In this document: positions 54,520 through 64,000 of the stretch, piece by piece
Layout: every line of letters begins with the position of its first letter
Numbering within the stretch: position 1 is the first letter of the stretch
Assembly: GCF_006345805.1 (NCBI RefSeq)
Contig: NC_042999.1
Location: 81,282,001 to 81,346,000, forward strand
Direction: 5' to 3'
From: Octopus sinensis
Lineage: Eukaryota
DNA: 64,000 nt
Program-made: the position numbers and the translations under genes
The notes under the pieces: generated by a model
What the model saw: the letters and a program-made list of their open reading frames with translations, nothing else
The model's database searches: none
What the model was told of the DNA's origin: nothing

Positions 54520-57015
54520 GAAAATTATACGAAAGACATGTAAAATATAACACCCTATTTCGGATCATCTATAAATTAAAAATCAAAGTAAGCCTATACA
54601 ATATAATAACATGAAATAAACTAAGCCGAAGGTTTTTCCTAAGGAATATGTAGAAATAAAAACAAAATAAACAAAATATATGCATGAGACTTTGCTATAC
54701 GGAATGAAATCTGCATAGCGCGAAACAAATCCATCGTTGCGTTTACATACTAGTCCAAGAATCAAAATCAAAATTAATTTCAAAAATCAAAAACACAAAA
54801 AGACAAAATATATACTCTATCCATATGGTATATTTATGTTTGACATTTTAAATTTGGTTGCGTGCCTGCATAAGTTCATCAGCTCACTTCTTTGATTCAA
54901 AGAATTATTGTCTTTGAATAAAATATAAAGTTTCTCTAACAGGCAAAGATTGCATTTAAAATTATTCCTGTGTGCTCCATGCCTGTATAGTGCCGCTATG
55001 TCCAGAATGCTCCATGTCACCTTGAAAGGTGGGGTTTCCTTTTCTTTTAGTCCCCAGATATATTTTGCTAGGCTGGACCTCTTCCTTTTTTCTGGGTATC
55101 TAAATGAATTTTTATGCGAATAAAATCGTGTTTTAAACGAATTTTCTGAAGCCCCTGTATATATGAGCCTTCTATTTGTACCTTGGCTCTATAAACTACT
55201 TCTTTTACTAGACATTTCCCTTCTAACGGACAGGAGGATTCATTTTTGAAATTACATTTCTTAATGGGCTCGGCACCATGTTTAATCTCAATCAGATTCC
55301 TATTATGCTGGCTAATGTAAGAGGCGAAATTTCTGCAACAAGAATAGCTAACCTTCAGGGTTCTTCTATTAAATATCCTATAGAATTTATGGTCCTGTTT
55401 AAAATGCTTAGAGACTAATCTCAAAAATTCCTTACCTATATTAGTCTTTACGGCCAAATTGAAAGCCGGGTTGAACCACAAAACTTTCCTGTTCCTAGGT
55501 CTTCGCGCAGCATTATTATCAGCATTAATCAGGTTGTATTGGATCTTCTCAGAGAATCCACTATTCCTTAATGCGCTATCGTAATAAGGTGTAGCATTAT
55601 GGAATGCTGCCTCGTCCGAAGAAATTGAAGATATTCTTCTACCTACATTGCTGACTAAGTTCCTAAGGATAACTGGCGGATGGTTCGAATCTTTGCTAAT
55701 ATACGATAGCTTTTCATTGGGCTTACGGAAAGGTTTAAATCTATCCGACCTTATATTAAAATTTACGTCTAAAAATCTACACTATTCATGTTAGCATCTA
55801 TTGTAACCAGTAAGCCCATCCTTTGAAAGAAAGCAATAAGGTCCTTCCTAAGTCTATCTGATTCATGGCCGTTTAGATTATGTGTGGCTATAAGGCCGTC
55901 ATCGCTATATAAACCTGCATCTATAAATGGGAATTCTATTTTTAGATTATGAAGAATAAAGGCTCCTATGAGAATACATAACTCATCCCCGTCGTATGCC
56001 CTCATCGGTACATCGAAAAGAGAATCCTCACTCTTCTTAATCCAGGTGGGATCCTCGAAAAAGAAGTGATTTCCTCGCATGCATAATATTATCAATTTCC
56101 AGGCTATCGATGCTGACATACTGCTTGGCGAAGTCCAATGCCCTTAGGAGTAACGTCCTAGATATTGACGGGTAAAAGTCAATAATATCGAATTGTGTAA
56201 AACTCCAATTATTCTTATAGCTAATACCTTTAAACCACTCTATGAGTGACTTAATATTCTTCCAAATTCTCAAGTCTACTTCACTATCTAACTTAGTTAA
56301 AATACGGTCCAAAATATTTTTGCTAATAATGCCTATCTCAGTTTTAGCCGGATTTATCAATGTACATTTGGAGTTTCTATTAAAATTGGTTTTATGGTCT
56401 TTTAGTGTTATAAAAGTTGGTCGTGGGGAAAGATATTCAATCCTATCGCTAATCTTAAGATCGTTAGCTATTCCTCTTGCTTCTAAATTCACCTCTTTGC
56501 GTTATCTTTTTTGTATGTATCTGTGACACTATTCGAAATCTGGCGCATATAAACGTCCTTATCAAGTGCATATAAGTTCCTTGTCTTATCAGAATTACCG
56601 AAGATCTTATTCGAGTTGTTAATCTCCTTAATTTTTTCTCTCATATTTCTCTGTAATTGGTTGCTATATTTGCGGAATTTAATTTTCCTAATAAGTTCGA
56701 AAAGGTCTTTCTCGAAGGCTTCTAATTCCGGAATAGGTGGTGGATTTCTGGGAGATTTAAGTCCATATTTGTTTCCGTCGGTTTTCTGTTTAGTATCAAA
56801 GAAGAAGGCTTTCCATCTCAATCTTAGAATAAATTCTTCCGTTTTCTCTATAAGACCTTTGAGATATTGCTTCCGTGCAGGGTTAGGTATATTTTTCTGA
56901 GAAAAGTCCAGCTGGTAAAGTTCCATCTTTTTCAGCTGTTTGTTCTTCCTACTTGTGTAGAGTCGGTCAAACTTTTATAAGGAGCGGGTTACACCGGAGT
57001 AAACACATAAATGTG
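54520..57015 (-). mobile_element. Near-complete Neptune-type Penelope-like element (RT + C-terminal GIY-YIG), broken by frameshifts
   Basis: ORFs 56489-56926, 56037-56492, 55769-56119, 55068-55481 and 54817-55020: LRWKAFFF, QFDIIDFYPSI, FDVPM..YDG, GLYSDDGL, WFNPAF..KTNIGKEFL, CPLEGKC, WSIL..CNLCLLEK..LNQRSEL..CRH. Confidence 0.93.
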
Positions 57016-57017
57016 AA

Positions 57018-57325
<308 letters not shown>

Positions 57326-57949
57326 ATATATATATATATAACAATAACGGGACTTTTGGACAGTAATTCTTAAATCTTTTAATGCACTTTTGTATGTGTG
57401 TGTGTGAGTGTGCGTGTGTGAGTGTGTGTGTTTGTGTATGTGTGTGTTTGTATTAGACAGTACATTTGAAAACATGAAAAACAAGCATACGAGATGGTCC
57501 GATCAAGCCTTACAGGGATAGTATGAGATGAATTAATAATACTTCTCTGCGAGTACATATTTCGAAGTTTTTAAGCTGGATAAAATAATATAAGCATATA
57601 TTAGTATGATGTAGTACGTTCATCAATTTCGAGGGTAACTTATTGGGATTGAACCGACGTTAAACATGTAATATTAATTTTATATCTATTATAGTGTAAA
57701 CGCTCTAACATTAATTAATTAATAATACTTTCTGCAGTTAATTTAGATTAGCGTAGTCTTATATTTCGAATTATTCCTACACATATGCTGAATATGTGGA
57801 AAATTTCGTATGAGACTTGCGATAATACATAAAAATTCAAGATAAATTTAGGATGTTGGGAAAACCATAGTATTGTCTTTCACGGAATATCCTAATGCAT
57901 TTACATTAATAAACACTATTTCCTCCAATTTCAGTAACAGTTGAACTGT

Positions 57950-58435
57950 AACAGAAAAACCATTAGCTCTGCAACAAACAATCGATGCTCAATTCTAATG
58001 TCCGTAATGAAAGCGTTTCAACTCAGCTTTGAAATAAAAAAGACCCGCTTTAGTGAATCGAAAAGGACAATGCGCGACCACACGCTGCAAAATCTCTTCA
58101 GAGAATATCGAAGAACTTGGTTCGGGAAAATTTCTCTTCCACTTTATTCTCCCGACTTTGCTCCTTTAGACTACCATTTGTTTCGTAGTTTACAGAATAA
58201 TTTGGGGGACATAACTTTCGTAAGCCAGTAAGTCGAAACTGACATTTCAGAGTTTTTCGCTTTGAAACCAAAAGAGTTTTTCACTGATGTGATTAAAAAG
58301 CTTGTAAATAGATACAGGGAAGTTATAGATAATCAGGGAAAGTACATTGATTATTATATTTCAATTAAATATAACATTTGACCACTTGTTTTCTTTATTC
58401 AAAATTCGGACAGAACATATGGGATGACCTGATAC
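57950..58435 (+). mobile_element. Mariner transposase C-terminal relic
   Basis: PLYSPDFAPLDYHLFRSLQNNL..FFTDVIKKLVNRYREVIDNQGKYID; probable TIR ending atgacctgata. Confidence 0.82.
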
Positions 58436-58730
58436 AATTATATTATTGTGGTGTTTGAATAACTCACACCTGAAAACATGGATATTACGCTTATCTTCCT
58501 TAAACAACACATATTGAGGGATCTTTGAGCAAGATAGGCTACTCGACAAGAAGAAAACTCTTACTGGGCTCCGCCTGCTGTGTCACGTGCTGTTTATCTT
58601 CATTTGATGTCATCATGTCACGCAAATATAGCTGTGAGGCTCGTGCCTGGTCTACTCTTGTCAGATATATATAATCGCAAGTTCGTACCCGATTGTTATT
58701 TTGATGGCGTGAGCTGCTCTTTCGCTCAAT

Positions 58731-58734
<4 letters not shown>

Positions 58735-58761
<27 letters not shown>

Positions 58762-58872
58762 TAATAATAATAATAATAATATAATAATAATAATAATAAT
58801 AAGAAGAAGAAGAAGAAGAAGAAGAAGAACAACAACAACAACAACAACAACAATAACAATAATAATAACAAT
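58735..58872. repeat. Compound (AAT)n-(AAG)n-(AAC)n microsatellite
   Basis: Direct sequence. Confidence 0.95.
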
Positions 58873-59332
58873 AGATTAAAAATTTGCCACTAGGGTAGCA
58901 ATTTTGGAGAAGCGGTCTAGTCGATTACATCGACCCCAGCGTTCAAGTGATACTTATTTTATCAACCCCATGGTTCTGCCAGCTCATCGCCTTAACAATA
59001 ACAACATCACCAACAACAAAAACAACAACAACAACAAAAATAATAATAATAACAATGCGGGTGCCTATAAACATAGCTCCCCAAAATATGAAAAATTAAC
59101 TGGATAACATGACTTAGACCAAACTGATATTTACCAGGAACCTGGTAGATATGTTAAATACACACCACTATGGTAAAAGTACGTTTAGTTTACACATTAC
59201 TTTTTGAGTATCACGTGGAAATAATGGTTGAAATAACACGTGCTTAATGTCATGTATGTAAACATGAAGCTTTCTTTAACACTGACAATGATGATGTTAG
59301 TGATAATAATGGTACTAATAACATATGCATAT

Positions 59333-59421
<89 letters not shown>

Positions 59422-59918
59422 CAGTAAAAGTAATTAAGATTCAATTGAGTTCTGTTGAATTCACATGAATGAGGTACTTAACTTAGATGCACCACAAATC
59501 TATATGGTATTAACCATAAGATAATGATGGGTGATTATAAGCAAGAATAAAGCAACAAAAATGGATCAATATTTCGGTACAATTATTTCGTACGAAGACA
59601 CCTTTATTAAGGCTGCAAATATTGCAGCAAATACACGTGGCCCGTACTCAACAGACCAAAAAACATCTGAGTTCTCAAAACATCTAAGGGGGTGAGGCTA
59701 CACTCATGAAACATTCGGGATAGTTCTATAAAAATCAGATTTAGATGATAAACGGAGATCCAAAGTTCTCTAATGTTGCACAGTCAAATAACCGGCTTTA
59801 AAAAAGTATTTAAAAAAACCTCTTAGTTTCACAGAAATTGAAAATGTAAATCCATCCATAATAATGATGAATGTTTGAATTCTGGAGATATGAGGAGAGA
59901 TTTCATACTCACAGACGA

Positions 59919-59951
<33 letters not shown>

Positions 59952-59954
<3 letters not shown>

Positions 59955-60069
59955 CCTGCTCGCTTAGCCAGCGGGGTGGCGTCATTCGAAGGCCAAAACA
60001 ATGCGAACGCATTGTGACCAGCGATGTTTAACAACATCTGATGATCTGGTCGGTCACGTGATCACCTGA
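59952..60069. mobile_element. ~120-bp structured mini-element in (TA)n, copy 2
   Basis: Homologous to 39890-40016. Confidence 0.8.
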
Positions 60070-60077
60070 TATATATA

Positions 60078-60130
<53 letters not shown>

Positions 60131-60132
60131 GA

Positions 60133-60189
<57 letters not shown>

Positions 60190-60440
60190 ATCGAAACTAA
60201 AGCATGCAAAGTGAAGCCGCTTAGCACAGATTGACCGTGAATTCAGCTGTGCATGCGCACTAACTTTTAACGTTCTAGCTCACTTCCGCTGTTCACAACA
60301 CTACTTGGAAGGAAGGTGTGTAGCATATGATGATCGTCGCATTGAAAATGACTAAGTTGAGCAAAGAATCTGCTTCAAATTTTACCTGAAGTCTGCCTTG
60401 CGATACCTACTCAGGGACCAATGCAAAATTTTCAAAAGGC
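60190..60440 (+). mobile_element. Mariner 5' end relic (UTR and first codons)
   Basis: Homologous to the reverse complement of about 60840-61010; gttgagcaaagaatctgcttcaaatttt encodes VEQRICFKF. Confidence 0.65.
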
Positions 60441-60469
60441 TTTCATCGTTCTCGACACAATCAAGATGT

Positions 60470-61010
60470 GCAACTGAAACCCTAGTGTCTGTTTAGTCAC
60501 CTGAAAGTAGTTTTGGTACAAACTTGGCAGACACGCCTCTCATACCTAAATCTTCAGTAATAATGGATTGAACTGAATCGTACCTATTCTGCACATATTC
60601 TGATAACTCACAGATGGCAATTCGACGATTTTCCCTCACAGCTGCATGCACATTCGCGATGTTTTTCTTAGGTCTGCTGGCTGCGGGTCTGCCAGAACGT
60701 TCGTCATTAATAACATGGTCTCGGCCATCTTCGAAACGTCTGAACCACTCGTACACTTGTTTGCGGCTCATATACTCCTCTCCAAACATTTTATGAATCT
60801 TTGCCTTGGCCTCTGAGCAGGTATAGCCATGACAAATTTCTCCGTCATGGAGAATGCGGCGAACACATGCTACGCACCTTTCTTCCAAGCACTACTGTAA
60901 ACAGTGAAAATGAGCTGGAATGTCAAAACTAAGATGCATGCACAGCAGAGTTCAAGGTCAATCTTTGCCAAGTGGCTTCATTCCGTGTGCTTTAGCTTTG
61001 TTACTATGGC
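60470..61010 (-). mobile_element. Mariner 5' half (HTH domain of the transposase)
   Basis: SRKQVYEWFRRFEDGRDHVINDERSGRP..VRENRRIAI..LGMRGVSAKFVPKLLS. Confidence 0.85.
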
Positions 61011-63099
61011 AACAGTCCGGATACGTATTGAACAGAGCTCGTATGCTATTTCTGTGATTTTTAAGTATAAAGACATACAGGCACGCACATTAACACACAA
61101 ATAGAACACACACTCACTAACACACATGCACACACAAATATTATGCTTCTACATTCCGTTAGGGACGTAGGAGCATAATGCTTTGAACTTGTTGCATGTA
61201 CTTATTTAAAAGGTTTCAATATAATGAGAAGGGAAGTAAGTGACCAATTATATATTTTCAATGTCGATGTCACGTAATCATCGCTATATTTCATCCTTAG
61301 GTGTTCTGTATACGCTACTAACTAGCTCTTCGCTTTAAGTGATTTATCTGTTCAAGTGTTGGATGTGGTAACATTACAAGTGTTCGGTGTTGTAAAGTGT
61401 TTCTGGAAATGAATGTAACGTTGAAGATTAATATGATACCATATCAGAGGTAAGTGTTATTAAGTAGAAATAGGCAAAATTTTTCAAAGTCAGTTTATGT
61501 AGCACATTGCATTTCTACTCATCATTCTTAGAAACACTGCGGTTGTTATTGCCCTATTGGTCGGTGTTTTGCTACCCCCAATTAGTCGCAAATAATGTTG
61601 GCATAGTATAAAGCAGATATATTCTAAATTTATTCCTCAAGTGTTAAGTTTTTATGATCAGTAGGTTGCTTGTAATGAGCTTTGTATTTCCAACAGATCC
61701 TCTGCCTTTGTTAATTTACTTAGGTATTGTGAAATACACATTAACTAATCAAACCTGCTTGTAAATACCTTGTAGCGTAGACCTTAAATTTTAGCGTTCA
61801 ACGTCCATGAAAACGAGCGATTCGACGTGATGTAATAGACCTTAATCATTGTAGCACTTTCATAACCATTCCGTTCGAATTAGTTTTAAGCAGAGTTAAA
61901 ATTTTCATGATATTACTATGGATTATTAGATATCTCTAAAGAAATGTCGCTTATAAATGGTTTTAAGTTTTATTTCAAGGTATAGTTATGCTACTTATGC
62001 TGAGTTGCTTGCAAATTCAGTCCAGGCTATACTTTATTCAAACATTAAGGCCATGCACCACCACTACAAGTTTTCTGAAGATATAGTATAATTAACTGGT
62101 CTTGTAATATTTGGTAGAGTGGCCTTCAGCGTCTTGGGATATACAGTTTTTTCTAAATTGGTTTACGTTCTCGATGTTAAAGACATCGCCAGTGATATTA
62201 AGGAGGGTCATTCTTCAATGGTTGTTGTCGACCCGTCTACCTCTTTTGCTTTTGTAATGAGTCTAACTTGAACGCCTCAACACCTCACTTCTAGTTAGAA
62301 AGCCCTACACGTCCTACTTTCAGAAAGAAAAGACTTAGTCGATTTAATCTTTTCTGTAATCATTGAATTGTTGAGTTTTTAACTATCGACATCTGGGGCT
62401 GTTTTGTTTTTGGCACCATCGTTGATTGTTGCTTGGTGGTGAAGAAGGCTAGTGGGAGAAGAATATGAATGAAAACAATGGATTATATAATGCATGCAAC
62501 GTAACTAGTTTGCATAGTTACATCGCTGTGTTGCAAAAGAAATTACAAAAAAGACTCCCAATTTTATAGCATAGCAAAAACGGAATGTTGAATGAGGTTT
62601 CAAAAGTTTGTATTCTCATGGAAGCGACGAACACTCAATAAATAATGAAGATGAAAAACTTTCGTATATTTTTATTACACGCGTTTAGGGATGGATGAAA
62701 CAGCTATTTTCCAAATTAAATGTGTATAGAAGGGATTCTGTGTTTAATACCTGAATTAATATGTATGACATTATGAAAATTTGTCTGTTTCCTGCAGCCA
62801 TAGCACAGAGAGGAATCATCAGGTAAAATTGTTTCAAATGTTACAGAACACTTTACCGATTCGTTCTTCTATTAAGTGCATGAGAAGTAGATGTAGACAT
62901 GGCGATATTATAGTTGATTAGATAGCAGACAGTTTGTTATATATATATTTCTACTGTCACATTATATATCGTTGCAACCTCAACGTTGATAATGAGAATA
63001 ATTATGACTGATTTTTAAATAGGCATTTTTCCACGCCTCGTCTAGATTTCCACTCTGGTATTTTTTACTTTATTCAACATCATTTATTAATAATCCTTT

Positions 63100-63310
63100 T
63101 TTATTAAAGGTACCAGGACAGAAATTTCTGGGAGGGAAATAGTCGATTACATCAACTCCAATACTTAACCGGTACTTATTTTTATCGACCCCAAAAGGAT
63201 GTAAAGTAAAGTCGACCCCCGGATGAATTTGAACTCACAATGTAAAAACGGACAGAATGCTTCTAAGCATTTTACCTGGCGTGCTAACGATTCTGCCAAG
63301 TTGCATCATT
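63100..63310 (-). mobile_element. SINE family C copy
   Basis: atcgaccccaaaaggatgtaaagtaaagtcgacc...atttgaactcac...cctggcgtgctaacgattctgccaag. Confidence 0.75.
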
Positions 63311-63459
63311 TAATGATAATACCAACTAAAACAAAAGCAATGATTAAAATTATTATTAATGATATTCTTTTCTTCTCTAGGCACAAAGCTCTAAATTTTG
63401 GGAGAGGGGGCCAGTCGAGTAGCTCGAAACCAGTACGCAACTGGTACTTAATTTGGCCA

Positions 63460-64000
63460 TAATTGTTACATTCACTTGTGTCGCTTCACCTTCCATTTCT
63501 CTTTTCAATCTTCGTAACGTTATGTCGATTTCTTTGCTCCATATTTCTGCCTAGAAATTTCTTGCTCCTTCAGCATTTGGCATATCATTTACTTGATGAT
63601 CTTTTTCATTGTTCAATTGTTCATATAATTTTCTTTCGTCGTTCTTGATGAGTCTAATCTGCTAGTACTGATTTTTTCCCTTGGTACCTGTTTATTCCCG
63701 ACACTGTTTTGATATTTTTATTCTCTCGCACTTCGTTCATGTCTCTCTCCTTCGTCCTCTTCTTCTCTATGATTGTATTTACTAGTGCAAGATCTCTTTC
63801 GAGCAGTTTAATTTGATTATCAAGCTTTCGTTCCCACCATGGAGATTTGACCTTTGTCTTTCTTTCACTTGAAGCCATAAGCGTTTCTACAACGATCGAG
63901 ATTGCGCAGTATACAATACCCTTTAAATCTGTCAGGTTTCCGATGCAGATTTTCGTAAACAGTTCGTCCAACTTTTTCACTACAATATATAGTTTTCGAT
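63460..64000 (-). mobile_element. R4/Dong-like LINE segment upstream of the RT core; runs off the window
   Basis: KSPWWERKLDNQIKLLERDLA, then a segment resembling IYEQLN..MPNAEGARNF*AEIWS. Confidence 0.62.

Overview
AT-rich eukaryotic DNA dense in microsatellites and transposon debris. No host protein-coding exon, rRNA, genuine tRNA gene or CRISPR array is recognisable, and nearly all ORFs in the supplied track are microsatellite artefacts. The SINE families and the (TA)n density look like an octopus (cephalopod) genome; this is inference from recalled repeat families, not a database result. Real content: (i) several Penelope-like retroelements (PLEs): a Poseidon-type RT+GIY-YIG relic at 8.7-10.1 kb, an RT relic at 15.1-16.0 kb, a 5'-truncated Neptune-type copy at 46.9-48.9 kb at the centre of a 5.1-kb fold-back, and a near-complete Neptune-type copy at 54.5-57.0 kb; (ii) at least four families of minimal hammerhead-ribozyme (HHR) motifs, in or resembling PLE terminal repeats; (iii) mariner/Tc1 elements (one full length), a non-autonomous Helitron, and RTE and R4/Dong-like LINE fragments; (iv) many tRNA-derived SINE copies; (v) several palindromes, most anchored in (TA)n tracts. 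Best candidate for an undescribed system: a PLE terminal repeat that begins at the ORF stop codon, carries a tRNA-like Pol III module (A/B boxes) followed by a hammerhead, and also occurs as a stand-alone short element. All structures were read by eye; coordinates of degenerate relics are approximate.
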